From a virus (lineage: Duplodnaviria > Heunggongvirae > Uroviricota > Caudoviricetes), in the IMG/VR virus record IMGVR_UViG_3300034122_001045: DNA of 64,000 nt; one strand, 5' to 3'. The stretch's first letter is position 1, and each line of letters opens with the position of its first letter. Position numbers and translations under genes: made by a program. Positions 18,402-29,696 of the stretch are shown here, in pieces. Below the pieces are notes generated by a model. It saw only the letters and a list, made by a program, of their open reading frames with translations. It made no database searches and had not been told where the DNA came from.

Positions 18402-18949
18402 TTCATAGTCATAACTGTTGTGTTCACATCTGTAGGCCATCTTCTAACGGAGATGGCCTTTCTTGCTTCATATACCTTGTAGCTTACTTCGTTTCCTTGA
18501 TTTCCACCAAGAATAACATAGTACATCTTTCCTTCGTCGACATAGGAAGTAACAAAGAATCCGACGTGTCCTTGCCACTGTTGCCTTCCTCTCGGAAACA
18601 CGACTACATCTCCAGGTCGAGGACTCTCAGTAACTTCTTCACCCCACTTTAAAAAGCTTTTTGCCACGAGAGGATGATTACTGACTGACTCGGATCCTGG
18701 TATACCCTTTGTGGATAGAATTGAATTTACGAAGGCGGCGCACCACTCGAAACGTGATGGATCCATACCCATTAGACTCTTTAGTTGCTTTCTGTCTGTT
18801 ACCTCATGCATGCCTACGTAGTTACTAGCATAGTAAACCACCTTTTCACTATTTTCTTTTGCAAGCTTTTCTTCACGTTTAGCAAGATATTCAGGATTCG
18901 TGCAAGCAGTTAAGAATGTTAATATAAATAAAATCATGGTTATTTTCAT
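18398..18949 (-). CDS. Lipoprotein with NlpC/P60-CHAP-like cysteine peptidase domain (cell-wall peptidase)
   Basis: Signal plus lipobox LTAC. A Cys in FEWCAAFVNS and a His in GHVGFF are spaced as in papain-like peptidoglycan peptidases. An opposite-strand gene among plus-strand genes. Confidence 0.55.
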   Translation of the reverse strand: MKITMILFILTFLTACTNPEYLAKREEKLAKENSEKVVYYASNYVGMHEVTDRKQLKSLMGMDPSRFEWCAAFVNSILSTKGIPGSESVSNHPLVAKSFLKWGEEVTESPRPGDVVVFPRGRQQWQGHVGFFVTSYVDEGKMYYVILGGNQGNEVSYKVYEARKAISVRRWPTDVNTTVMTMN

Positions 18950-19201
18950 ATGAAAGGATTCCCTTGATGTTTACAGCAATGATCATGATATGTCTTATCG
19001 ACAATCCTATAAGCTCAAGTAACTGTATCATACTATCAAATCAAAATATTTTAGAGTCTGAAAGAGAATGCGAAGATGCGATTGCGTCTTTCGTCAGCAA
19101 CGAATATTTTCAGACGGCGTACGTTGGCTATGAGCCAAAGAAATATTCGTGTTATCACTGGGATGCTGCGGGTGCAGATTTGTAACTGCTAGTATTTATC
19201 T

Positions 19202-19230
19202 ATTTACAACCCTTTAGTTGTGTGATATTA
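19202..19230 (+). promoter_or_regulatory. Sigma70-like promoter upstream of the helicase gene
   Basis: TTTACA, then 17 nt, then TATTAT. Confidence 0.4.
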
Positions 19231-19260
19231 TGGTTTTGTATGGTAAGATAAGGGGCAGTT

Positions 19261-20361
19261 ATGTGGTCACCACAACAAGAGACCGCACTTAAAGCGGTCG
19301 ATAGATGGTTCTATACGGAATCAAAAAAGAAGCAGGTCTTTCGCATCTTTGGTTATGCTGGCACGGGAAAAACTACACTGGCCACACACTTCGCTCAAAA
19401 CATTGACGGTCTCGTCTTGTTTGCGGCATTCACCGGTAAAGCTGCGCTCGTAATGAGAAAGCGTGGTTGCGAAGGTGCAAGAACCATCCACAGTCTAATC
19501 TATATCGCCGAACCGGACAAAAAGACGGGCGAGGTTTGGTGGCGTCTGAATAAAGAGAGCATGCTCAAGGAAGCATCTCTTTTGATCATTGACGAGTGTT
19601 CGATGGTTGACGAAGAACTGGCGAAGGATCTTCTTTCGTTTGGAGTTCCTGTCTTGGTTCTAGGAGATCCGGCTCAGCTGCCTCCAGTCTCAGGAGCTGG
19701 TTTCTTCACAGAAGCAAAGCCTGACGTTATGTTGACTGAGATCCATCGTCAAGCACAAGACAATCCAATCGTCTATCTTGCGTCTCAGGTTCGCCAAGGA
19801 ATTCAACCAGACATTGGTGACTACGGAGATTCTCGTATCGTTTCGAAGGTGTCCTCGACTGATGCACTCGAGGCGAGCCAGATCCTCGTAGGAAGGAATG
19901 CGACTCGTGACACGATGAACTTAAAGGTTCGCAAACTTCTAAAGATCTATGATGAGTATCCAATCAAAGGAGAAAAACTCATCTGCCTTCGTAACGATCG
20001 CGATCGAGCAATCTTTAACGGCGGTATGTTTAATGTGGATCGTGTCTTTGAGTCAAAGTATAAGACTAGCTTTCTGAATATGAGTCTCAATCCAGAAGAC
20101 GACGACACGAGTCTTCCTGTGATGGTAAAGGTTCATAAGAGCTTCTTTAGTTCAGAAGTTGCAGTTCCAGATTGGAAGTTCTTAAAAGGAAGTCAAGAGT
20201 TCGACTTTGGATACGCGATCACGTGTCATAAGTCGCAGGGTTCGCAGTGGGAAAATGTTCTCATATATGACGAGTCTTGGTGTTTCCGAGACGACTGGCA
20301 AAGGTGGTTGTATACTGCAATCACTCGAGCTTCTGAAAAAATTACTCTAGTCAAATCGTAA
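19261..20361 (+). CDS. dda: Dda/RecD-like superfamily 1 DNA helicase
   Basis: Walker A GYAGTGKTT. LLIIDECSMV. C-terminal ITCHKSQGSQWENVLIY. Confidence 0.8.
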   Translation: MWSPQQETALKAVDRWFYTESKKKQVFRIFGYAGTGKTTLATHFAQNIDGLVLFAAFTGKAALVMRKRGCEGARTIHSLIYIAEPDKKTGEVWWRLNKESMLKEASLLIIDECSMVDEELAKDLLSFGVPVLVLGDPAQLPPVSGAGFFTEAKPDVMLTEIHRQAQDNPIVYLASQVRQGIQPDIGDYGDSRIVSKVSSTDALEASQILVGRNATRDTMNLKVRKLLKIYDEYPIKGEKLICLRNDRDRAIFNGGMFNVDRVFESKYKTSFLNMSLNPEDDDTSLPVMVKVHKSFFSSEVAVPDWKFLKGSQEFDFGYAITCHKSQGSQWENVLIYDESWCFRDDWQRWLYTAITRASEKITLVKS

Positions 20362-20759
20362 GGAGAAGAGACATGTATATCAAAAAACTGAAAGACATCA
20401 TGTGGGTTGAAGGTGATAATATGAACACTCAGCAGTACGAACCTATGGCAATCCATGAACAAGAGCCGACGATTGCTGAGTTGTTCGAAGACGTGTTGCG
20501 TCGTCTCGATGTTATCGAAGAAAAGATTAACCAGATAAAGGTGTAAGATGGCATACGCAACAATTGACATAAGCCTAAGAGAATTCGATGACGATGACTT
20601 GATCGATGAAATCGAAGATCGTGGGTATCGAGTCGTTGAAGATGATGAGTTTGTTCCTGGTGATTTGATTCCAGAAGAGGTTGACTTTATCCTAGCAACG
20701 TTTTCAACCCATGCGCCTGGAACGATGGGCTACCACATTTATGAGAAGATGAGGAAACG

Positions 20760-21410
20760 ATGACACTTACACGACTGATTGGCGATATCCACGGCCAGAT
20801 GGCTGAATACAAAGTATATGGCATTAATAATTTCGAAGGTCCTACGATTCAGATCGGTGACTTTGGCGTAGGCTTTGGTCAGTCGGACTATTGGCACGAG
20901 AGTATCAATAGCTTTCATTCTGATGGCACTCACCGCTTCATCCGTGGCAACCACGACAACCCTGCTAAGTGCAAAGAGATGGTTGGCTGGATCAAGGACG
21001 GCACTGTAGAGAACGATGTGATGTTCATCGGTGGTGCATGGAGCATTGATAACCCTGATGCTCCTCCTGGCTGGTACAAACGTACTAAGGATCTTGACTG
21101 GTGGGAAGACGAAGAGTGTTCGGATGAACAGTTTGACTTGATGTTAGATACATATCTGGCAGTCAAGCCTCGGATTATGATTACTCACGACTGCCCGCAT
21201 AACATCGCCACTGAAATGTTCTGGAACACCGGATTTCTAAAAGGACCTCGATACAACACTCGAACTGGCGACTTCTTGCAGAAACTATTCGAGCTTCATC
21301 AACCGGAAAGTTGGTATTTTGGTCATTGGCACAATACGATGCAATATAAATCTGGAAGAACCCTGTTTCATTGTATAGGAATATACGATCACGTGGACGT
21401 TGAACTCTAA
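20760..21410 (+). CDS. Calcineurin-like metallophosphoesterase (Ser/Thr phosphatase-like)
   Basis: GDIHGQ ... GNHDNP ... GHWH motifs. Confidence 0.65.
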   Translation: MTLTRLIGDIHGQMAEYKVYGINNFEGPTIQIGDFGVGFGQSDYWHESINSFHSDGTHRFIRGNHDNPAKCKEMVGWIKDGTVENDVMFIGGAWSIDNPDAPPGWYKRTKDLDWWEDEECSDEQFDLMLDTYLAVKPRIMITHDCPHNIATEMFWNTGFLKGPRYNTRTGDFLQKLFELHQPESWYFGHWHNTMQYKSGRTLFHCIGIYDHVDVEL

Positions 21411-21417
21411 AAAGTTG

Positions 21418-21446
21418 TTTACATTCGTTGCGAAATGGTTTATACT
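21418..21446 (+). promoter_or_regulatory. Early promoter (variant of the cassette)
   Basis: GTTTACATTCGTTGCG..TATACT, then a GGAACGAGAGGAAC leader. Confidence 0.5.
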
Positions 21447-21475
21447 GATTCTATAAGGAACGAGAGGAACCTATC

Positions 21476-21679
21476 ATGACTGATCGTGTTTTTGAAGATG
21501 ATCGTAGTTTTGAAGTCTCTGGTGGTGGCCGCAGCGTAGAAGCCTATGTGTTTGCGGGTGGTGATATTATGATCACTACGAATGAAGACAACGGTTGGGA
21601 TAGTCAACGAGCCAGCTTTACTATGACTGCAGAAGAAGCTACAGCTATGAAGAACTTCTTGATCAAGCAAGGGTACTGA
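21476..21679 (+). CDS. small early protein
   Basis: 67 aa, downstream of the promoter. Confidence 0.45.
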   Translation: MTDRVFEDDRSFEVSGGGRSVEAYVFAGGDIMITTNEDNGWDSQRASFTMTAEEATAMKNFLIKQGY

Positions 21680-21897
21680 GATGATGTATAGTATTATTGG
21701 ACATACTCCTGTCACTGTAGAACAGGTTAAGCAATGGCGTAAGCAAGGAACCGATAAAGAAGTTCCTATGATGGTCGCAAGACATAACGCACAAGTATCA
21801 AATCTGCTTGACGAATTGAATGATATTCGTTTTACGCGAGTGACCGACGTTGACGACGTGAACAATAAGATTGATAAACTAATCGAAATACTCATTC

Positions 21898-22290
21898 GTG
21901 GAGTCAATTTCAAGGATGGATGGTGATGAGTTCCGAGTCCTCGTCTGCGGAGGCAGAGACTATTCAGACTCCGTTCGACTTAGAAGAGTACTTGACGCAG
22001 TACATGAAGGAGTCCGGAATGCAGAAAAAGTTCTGGTCATCATTCATGGAAACGCACGAGGGGCGGATCTTCTCGCAGATCAATACGCAAGAGAGAGATC
22101 GCTTAAGGTTCTATCATTTCCTGCAGACTGGGCAAATCATGGAAGATCTGCAGGACCAATTCGCAATAAATTAATGTTGACATCTGGGCAACCGCATGTT
22201 ATAATAGCTTTTAGAGGTGGTAAAGGTACCGCTGATATGATTCGACAAGGAAAGAAAGCTGGAATTCCAGTATATGAGGTGAAGGAATGA
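21898..22290 (+). CDS. SLOG-superfamily (DUF2493-like) Rossmann nucleotide-binding protein
   Basis: VLVCGGRDY...IIHGNARGADLLADQYA matches the GGxRGAD signature. Confidence 0.5.
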   Translation: MESISRMDGDEFRVLVCGGRDYSDSVRLRRVLDAVHEGVRNAEKVLVIIHGNARGADLLADQYARERSLKVLSFPADWANHGRSAGPIRNKLMLTSGQPHVIIAFRGGKGTADMIRQGKKAGIPVYEVKE

Positions 22291-23325
22291 TTCGTCTAAT
22301 TCAACTACTCTTCTTTGGTCATATCCATAAGTGGAAGATCATTGATAAACTTAGAGTTGATTATGAAACCGACTTTTCAAAAGGGTCGTGTGATCGCTAT
22401 ACGTTGCAGTGCGATCACTGCGGCAATATTAAAGTAAAGGATGCTAAATGATGATCGACAATCGTAATTTTGAACGTCTTACGTTTGAACTCGAACAAGC
22501 TGCCCGTGACTACACGAAGGCTCAGAATGAGATTAAAAAGATCAAGGAAAATGCTCTCAACCGCATCAGAGAAGTTGGTACTGATGGTTTTGAGACGAAA
22601 GAAATCCTTGATAAAATGATTGAAGAAGTGACTGACTGGGAAAACACGATTCACTGGGCTCAAGACACGTTCCGCAAGGCGAAAGACAAGATGCTGGATA
22701 TGATTCGTAACATCGAGTTGCCAAGGAACTATTAATGAGAAACTATTTTCCTGATAACTGGGTCGTGATCAAATTCAAAGGTGATGATCCTCACTATCGT
22801 GTTCTTGCTGGTTGGTCCGGCGGTTACACCACTGGTGACTCTTGGCGTATGAACAGTGGTATTGTTCGAGTCACCGAGGACAAACACTGCTTCAACTTCT
22901 ATGGTTCCACTGGTTCTTGCTACCAGTGCCGCAAGACTTCGTATTGCCTTCGTATGAACAATGCTCATATCTGGTCGCGGCTACAAGATGAATATGGAGG
23001 CGAAGTTGAAATGATGCCAGAAGATACGGACTGGATGAATATGGATTGGATCATCGAAAAATGAAACAGTATCCTTGGAAGTTCAAACTAGAACGGGATG
23101 GTATTGAGTGGTGGCAGAGTGATGTAACTCTTGGTACTGACCATTACTTCTATTATTTTAAGTGGGATTGGATTAGTAAGACTGGAAGAGAGGCACGAAA
23201 AAAGTTAAAGTGGAAGATCTTTGGTATTAATCGGTTTTGGCATGATGGACCACATGCTCAACTTGACTTATACTTCTTCTGTTTTTATTGGTCTACTCCG
23301 TGGACAAAGTCGTAAAGGAAACCGA

Positions 23326-23697
23326 ATGAAACTAATTGAAAATCTCAAGGCTGTAGAAACCGGCAATCGTCGGCATATCTTCGAACCTCTTCATTCGATT
23401 AAGCTAACTTTTGACAAAGACCCAATTGACCACCGCTCCAGATTTGCTAGAGAATATGCAATCATTGTCACTATTGGTACTAATGAATGGATTGCAGAAG
23501 ATCTAATTCGAGCATCAGATGGTGAAGTGATCACGCATGCAGTCGAGAATATGAAACACGCAATCATTGAACATGTGTATGGCGAACTGCGTAGAGATCT
23601 ATTTGATTTGCGGATGGAAATGCGTAATGAGATGAATTACTATAATAGTCCTTCTTTGAAAAAACTTGAAAAGATTATGGAGAAAATTTCGCTATGA
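23326..23697 (+). CDS. hypothetical protein
   Basis: Internal start with RBS AAGGAAA. The longer ORF overlaps the upstream gene. Confidence 0.35.
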   Translation: MKLIENLKAVETGNRRHIFEPLHSIKLTFDKDPIDHRSRFAREYAIIVTIGTNEWIAEDLIRASDGEVITHAVENMKHAIIEHVYGELRRDLFDLRMEMRNEMNYYNSPSLKKLEKIMEKISL

Positions 23698-24685
23698 AAC
23701 TACTTGATTATACGGTAGAGATTCTTGTTGCAATTGTTGCAATCTTCTTCTTGTGGGGAGTTGGGTATATGATTCTGACTACTGAAGAACAAACAAGAGA
23801 GTTCAAGAAGCAATGCATTGAAAGTGGCATGCAATATATTAGTGGGAGCTGTGTGAAATGAAACCATTTAAAGTAAATCGTGACTCTTGGCACTATAAAC
23901 TGAATCAACACTTCTTTAACGAACGTGGTGATAACGAATGGTATATGCGAGACACTTGGGAGCAAAAGCACAATAACTTCTGCGCATACTGGCGAGTGAC
24001 TATGTTTCGTTTAGTGGCCGCAGCGGCCGGCACGGCCGGTATTCTATCGTTCCTTTTCGTTATTGGTGTAGTTGCCTATCAAAATCCTTGGGATACTTTT
24101 AAGGTTGTAGGTAGCGTAGTTGGTGTAATTTTTGCGTTTGGTACGATAATTGTATGTGGAATGTTCCTCAGCGAGTATTTTGAAAAGCGTAAATACCAAA
24201 ACAAAGAAGTTCCAGACTCTCTGTTCGTTGCAAAGTATAAGTCGTACAAGTCTAAGGTCTGCCCAATGGTGGAGTATGATAAATGAAACTCTATCTAATA
24301 GAAAAACCCGGAGACACTAGGGATTGGCCACACCCAACATTTAATCTAGTATATCCAGCACTCGTAGATGGTATTGAAGAAAGAACCATAGAACTTGTTG
24401 AAGATGAAAACGGCGAAATTTACATAGAACAATACACCAATCAAAAATCTATGAGAGTAACACACTTCAGAGTTTCTGGTTTGGGTCAAAAGTCAATTCA
24501 TTCGGACTGGATGAAACGATTTACCGCGGTGCAGAAATGAAAATACCTACTCTGTATCTATCATACGCCAAGAGCGTGCTTCGAGTCATCGCATTTGGTG
24601 GATTGGCTGCAGGGTTTCTGGTTGCCGAAGTAACTGCTGGTCTGTTGCTATTGGCTGAGTTAATTCGAATTGCGGAGGAACGCAA

Positions 24686-25048
24686 ATGACTAAGATCTTT
24701 GTCTTTGGTTCTAACCTTGCTGGTCGCCACGGTGCCGGGGCAGCTAAGTATGCACACGAGCGCTACGGCGCAGAGTATGGTGTAGGTGTTGGTCGGACTG
24801 GCTGTTCATATGCCATTCCCACCAAAGACTTTAGTCTTAAGACTCTTACTCTTGAAGCAATTGAGCAACACATCGCTGACTTTATCAAGTATGCATATGC
24901 TAATCCTGATGATGAGTTTCTACTGACTCCTATTGGTTGTGGTCTTGCTGGCTATCGTCGTGACCAGATCAAGCCACTGATTGAAAAGTACAACCGACCT
25001 TCAAATGTGATATACACCAAAGAATGGGAAGATGAGGATATTAACTAA
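24686..25048 (+). CDS. Putative Rossmann/SLOG-like nucleotide-binding protein (weak)
   Basis: FVFGSNLAGRHGAGAAKYA glycine-rich loop. The assignment is tentative. Confidence 0.3.
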   Translation: MTKIFVFGSNLAGRHGAGAAKYAHERYGAEYGVGVGRTGCSYAIPTKDFSLKTLTLEAIEQHIADFIKYAYANPDDEFLLTPIGCGLAGYRRDQIKPLIEKYNRPSNVIYTKEWEDEDIN

Positions 25049-25552
25049 TGAATAAAGAAGAACGCAATAAGGCAATCGAGAAGATTCAGTCTGATGTTGA
25101 AGATATCAAGCATGATGTTGCTTTGATCATTCAGCACCTCCTTAAGAAAGATGAACCTAATCCAATTCCTCCTCATGTTCCATATCCTCGTGACGGTATT
25201 CCAACTCCTCCAGTGAAATGTTCAAAGTGTGGAATGGAGTTTAGAGGAGTAATGGGATATGTCTGTGCTGATATTCACTGTCCTACGTTTATGAGACCGT
25301 ATTACGGCACGAAAATTGTCACCACAGGGTACACTCCCTGGCAATCATATAATGAGAAGCCTAAAGAATGAACTGGTATGAATGGCTTGGTTATCACAGT
25401 ATGGATATTGATACAGGTGAAGACTCGCTTGACCTTATGAAGAAAGCATACATCGCAGGGCTTCAAACTGCTTATGACCAAATGTATAAAAATGAAGATG
25501 GCGACTATGACTTCGTTATGTGGCGCTTGAAAAATCTAATAGAGGAAAGCAA

Positions 25553-26044
25553 ATGAGCAACATGTTGAAATGGGCGGAAGCCGAACTTAAACTGGCTGGA
25601 TATGATATTAATGATCCAGAAGATGGACCAAACCGTTGGCTTGCAGAAGGAACGCTTGAGCTTCTCAAAGTGTTCTCAGAACAAGGACACAGCGGTATGT
25701 CGGCACCGTATGCAGTAGCTTTGTTTGAGAAGCTCGCATCATGGAAACCTATTGCTCCTTTGACTGGCGAATCTGACGAGTGGACGGAAGTCAGCGCAGA
25801 TATGTGGCAGAACAAACGTAACAGTTCTGTCTTTAAGGATGAAGATGGGCGACCATACTGGATGGATGGTCGAGTGTTTTGGGAATGGTATTCATCGCCA
25901 GATATTGACGAAGGTAAACCATATAAGAGCTACTATACGGGTCGTGAAAGCCGAGTGTTTATTGAGTTTCCGTGGACACAACCAGAAAAGCCTGAGTATG
26001 TTTTTGTACCAACAGAACAGTTTCCAAACGAGGTAATCGAATGA
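25553..26044 (+). CDS. hypothetical protein
   Basis: 163 aa from the internal start with RBS AGAGGAAAGCAA. Confidence 0.35.
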   Translation: MSNMLKWAEAELKLAGYDINDPEDGPNRWLAEGTLELLKVFSEQGHSGMSAPYAVALFEKLASWKPIAPLTGESDEWTEVSADMWQNKRNSSVFKDEDGRPYWMDGRVFWEWYSSPDIDEGKPYKSYYTGRESRVFIEFPWTQPEKPEYVFVPTEQFPNEVIE

Positions 26045-26919
26045 CTGAGTTAGTATGTGAAGGGTGTAAACAGCCACTCACCGATTGTGGTCCTATCGGT
26101 TGGGAATGCTGCAATAAGGATTGTACATACGACCAAGATATCTATATCAGATGGCTGCGTAAAGACAAAGAACGTAAAGAACGAGCCGAACTTGCTCGAC
26201 TAAAAGAAAAATACGAGGGATAAAGATGCGTGTATACATAGGACCTTATCGCTACCGTTGGATTTCTAAAGTCCATGATCGTTGGATGGATAGAAAGTAC
26301 GCCGAGACATGGTGGGATATGGATGAAGACAAGTATACTTGGATGGACAAGTTTACTTACAAACTCGAGAGTGCCCTTCAAACTCTCTATAACAAAACTA
26401 TCAATAAGTATCTTGACAAAGCTCAACGCAAGGTTAAGATCCACGTTGACGGATACGATGTTTGGGGTGCGGATCATACGATCGCAATGCTTGTTCATCC
26501 TTTGCTGTTGAAGCTGAAAGAGAACAAGCACGGTGCACCTTATGTTGATGATGAGGATGTTCCTGAGCATCTTCGTAGCACTGCTGCACCACCAAAAAGG
26601 GATGAATGGGACATTGATGATAACCACGAAGCACGTTGGGACTGGGTTCTCGACGAGATGATCTGGGCATTCGAGCAATGCGCAAAGGACGACACTGGTG
26701 ACGATCAATTCTACTCTGGTGAGGTTGATTGGAAGTTTGTAAAAGAAGACGACAAATACTCTAGAATGGAATATGGCCCGAACCATACGTTCAAGGTAGA
26801 CGAAGAAGGTAAGAAAGCTCACTACGATCGCATCAAGAACGGCCACCGACTTTTTGGAAAGTATTATTTTTCACTTTGGGATTAATTTTACAAAAATTTA
26901 TTCCAACTGTTATACGATT

Positions 26920-26948
26920 GTTACATCTTCAATATAATATAGTAATAT
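26920..26948 (+). promoter_or_regulatory. Putative promoter of pstS, followed by a 5'UTR hairpin
   Basis: GTTACA, then 17 nt, then TAATAT. The hairpin ATATCCC-caatgaat-GGGATAT is at 26944-26966. Confidence 0.35.
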
Positions 26949-26986
26949 CCCCAATGAATAGGGATATTTAAACAAAGGAGAATTAT

Positions 26987-27952
26987 ATGAAAGCTTTACT
27001 ATCAGCGGCGGCAATTATTGCTTTGGCGTCCACGACTGCGTTTGCAAGAGATAACGTTCAAGTAACAGGATCGTCTACAGTACTACCATATGCAACCATT
27101 GTCGCAGAGGCATTTGGTGAAAATTTTGATTTTCCGTCGCCAGTAGTTGAAGGTGGTGGTTCGGGTGCAGGCCGTAAGAAGCTCTGCGAAGGTGTTGGTG
27201 AAAACACTGTTGACATCGCAAATAGTTCTTCAAAGATGAAGGATGAAGAAAGAGCCAAGTGTGAAGAAGCAATTGGTGAAGTGACTGAGGTTCGTATTGG
27301 TTATGACGGTATCGTGTTTGCATCGAACATCGATCAACTTAATATCGATAATCTAACAGTCGAACAACTCTATAGCGCTCTACACGAGTCGAGCACTGCA
27401 AAACTCTGGAGTGAAGTCGACTCGACTCTTCCAGAAGTAGCAATCCTTGCATACATTCCAGGTACCAAACACGGCACTCGTGAAGTGTTCGATGTAAAGG
27501 TGATGGAAGAAGGTTGTAAAGCAGCTCTCGGTGTTGAGAAACTCGATGACGATCAAAAGAAAGCTTGTGTGAAAGTAAGAACTGACGGTGCAGCAGTTGA
27601 CATCGATGGCGACTACACAGAAACACTTGCTCGTCTTGATGCTAATAAAACATCGCTAGGTGTGTTTGGTCTTAGCTTCTATCAGAACAACACTGATAAA
27701 CTAGAAGTTGCCACGGTAAGTGGCGTGGCACCAAGCGTAGAAACCATCTCAAGCGGTGACTATCCAATCAGCCGTCCACTTTACTTCTACGTGAAGAACG
27801 CTCACCTCAGCGTCATTCCTGGTCTGAAGGAATACATCGAGTTCTTCGTGAGTGATGAGATGGCAGGTCCTGATGGCGCTCTTGCACAGTATGGATTGGT
27901 TCCAGATCCAGAACTTGCAGCTACTCAGGCTGAAGTTTCTGCTCTTAAATAA
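26987..27952 (+). CDS. pstS: Periplasmic phosphate-binding protein PstS (auxiliary metabolic gene)
   Basis: Signal peptide. VTGSSTVLPYATIVAEAF is the PstS family N-terminal signature. 321 aa. Confidence 0.85.
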   Translation: MKALLSAAAIIALASTTAFARDNVQVTGSSTVLPYATIVAEAFGENFDFPSPVVEGGGSGAGRKKLCEGVGENTVDIANSSSKMKDEERAKCEEAIGEVTEVRIGYDGIVFASNIDQLNIDNLTVEQLYSALHESSTAKLWSEVDSTLPEVAILAYIPGTKHGTREVFDVKVMEEGCKAALGVEKLDDDQKKACVKVRTDGAAVDIDGDYTETLARLDANKTSLGVFGLSFYQNNTDKLEVATVSGVAPSVETISSGDYPISRPLYFYVKNAHLSVIPGLKEYIEFFVSDEMAGPDGALAQYGLVPDPELAATQAEVSALK

Positions 27953-27954
27953 GA

Positions 27955-28725
27955 ATGAAATATAAAAGCATCTTCATAAGTGATGTGCATTTAGGAACCA
28001 GAGGGTGTCAAGCAGACGCCCTCTGTGTTTTCTTAAAAAACAACACAAGCGAAAACCTATTCCTAGTTGGTGATATGCTGGATGGTTGGCGCTTAAAGAA
28101 ACGTTGGTACTTTCCACAGAGTCATGCCAATGTGATACGCAGAATACTCACGGCAGCTAAGCGTGGCACTAGAGTAGAATACATATTAGGTAATCACGAT
28201 GAAGCAGGCCGTAAGTTTTTAAACTTTGATATCAGCTTCGGTAATATTAAAGTAACTAACAGACAAGACTACATAGGTTTAGACGGCAAACGTTATCTGG
28301 TTATTCATGGTGACTTCTTTGACGTATTGATGCATGATAAAAAATGGTTGATGCACATTGGAGATACTTTGTATGACGCTATGATATATGCCAATGTTCA
28401 GTTTAATCGAGTAAGAAGTTTGTTTGGTATGGACTATTGGAGTTTAAGTAAATATCTAAAACAGAATACTAAACACGCGTTAAACTTTATCAATCGTTAC
28501 GAAGAACATCTAGCTGCCTATTGTAAGCAACATGGATATGACGGAATAATTTGTGGTCACATTCATCATGCTGAAATAAAAGAAATAAATGGTGTTATAT
28601 ACATGAACGATGGCGACTGGGTCGAGAGTGCCACCGCTCTGGTAGAACACTTTGATGGAAGATGGGAGATAGTGCATTATGCCGAAGATCTTAATAGTTA
28701 CAGACAACTTACCGAATCAGATTAA
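27955..28725 (+). CDS. Metallophosphoesterase (LpxH-like / phosphodiesterase)
   Basis: ISDVHLG, GDMLDGW, GNHDE, IHGDFFD and GHIHH motifs. Confidence 0.65.
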   Translation: MKYKSIFISDVHLGTRGCQADALCVFLKNNTSENLFLVGDMLDGWRLKKRWYFPQSHANVIRRILTAAKRGTRVEYILGNHDEAGRKFLNFDISFGNIKVTNRQDYIGLDGKRYLVIHGDFFDVLMHDKKWLMHIGDTLYDAMIYANVQFNRVRSLFGMDYWSLSKYLKQNTKHALNFINRYEEHLAAYCKQHGYDGIICGHIHHAEIKEINGVIYMNDGDWVESATALVEHFDGRWEIVHYAEDLNSYRQLTESD

Positions 28726-29686
28726 TGGTGTGGTTACGACCTACAAAAATATTGAGACGTATGCGATTCGCGACGGTTATACTGTTGATTATATTCATCC
28801 CGGGATGTACGGCCATATTGATTGCCCAAAGTACAATGAAGTTAAGCTTGCCTGGGCACCTCCTTGGGTTGTTGGGAAAGAGATCAAGAAGATTGATCCG
28901 GATTATATACACATCGCCACAGAAGGTCCTATGGGTATGTCTGCTAGAAGGTATCTTGCAATACGTGGGATTAAGTACAATACTGCTTACCATACTAAGT
29001 TTCCTGAAGGTGTAAGGACGTTACTAGGAATTCCTGAAGGAATTACTTGGGCAGTTGTGCGCTGGTTCCATAAGAATAGCAATAAGGTACTCACTACGAC
29101 AAAATCAATGGTCGATGAACTTCATGCGCATGGATTTAATAACAATGTTATTCATTGGACTCGAGGAGTTGATAGGGATATATTCAAACCGGCAGTGAAA
29201 GAACCATGCTCGCACATTAACCTCGTTTGCGTGAGTCGAGTAAGCAAAGAAAAAAATCTGGAAGCTTTTCTTGAGATAAACTACCCCAATGCAGTTAAAA
29301 CTATCGTAGGCGATGGTCCTATGTTAGAAACATACAAGAAGCAATATCCTTACGTGAACTTTGTAGGTGCCAAACGTGGTGCTGAACTCGCGCATTATTA
29401 TCAACAGGCTGATGTTTTTGTGTTTCCTAGTCGTTGGGATACATTTGGATTGGTGATGATTGAGGCAATGGCATGCGGTACTCCGGTCGCTGCTTATCCT
29501 GTGCAAGGACCATTAGACGTAATAGATCAAGATGTAACTGGTTATATGGATGAGGATATCACTATCGCTATTAAAAAATCTCTTGACCTCGATAGAGAAT
29601 CAGTATACAAATTCAGCATGAAATGGGATTGGGGAAACGCTTGGAACATTTTTCGAGACAATCTTATAAACTGTAAAACTAACTAG
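28679..29686 (+). CDS. Glycosyltransferase family 4 (GT-B fold)
   Basis: C-terminal E-x7-E motif, FGLVMIEAMACGTPV. Confidence 0.7.
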   Translation: MPKILIVTDNLPNQINGVVTTYKNIETYAIRDGYTVDYIHPGMYGHIDCPKYNEVKLAWAPPWVVGKEIKKIDPDYIHIATEGPMGMSARRYLAIRGIKYNTAYHTKFPEGVRTLLGIPEGITWAVVRWFHKNSNKVLTTTKSMVDELHAHGFNNNVIHWTRGVDRDIFKPAVKEPCSHINLVCVSRVSKEKNLEAFLEINYPNAVKTIVGDGPMLETYKKQYPYVNFVGAKRGAELAHYYQQADVFVFPSRWDTFGLVMIEAMACGTPVAAYPVQGPLDVIDQDVTGYMDEDITIAIKKSLDLDRESVYKFSMKWDWGNAWNIFRDNLINCKTN

Positions 29687-29696
29687 AGGATAAACC

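Noticed and set aside
18009-18440. 143-aa minus-strand ORF fully antisense to the early gene 18051-18401
   Set aside because: The plus-strand gene has the conserved promoter/RBS cassette and strong RNY-type codon bias. Such bias routinely generates long open antisense frames. There are no start signals on the minus side.
26142-26846. 234-aa minus-strand ORF antisense to gene 26226-26885
   Set aside because: It has no RBS or promoter. All surrounding genes are plus-strand and tightly coupled, so it is likely spurious.
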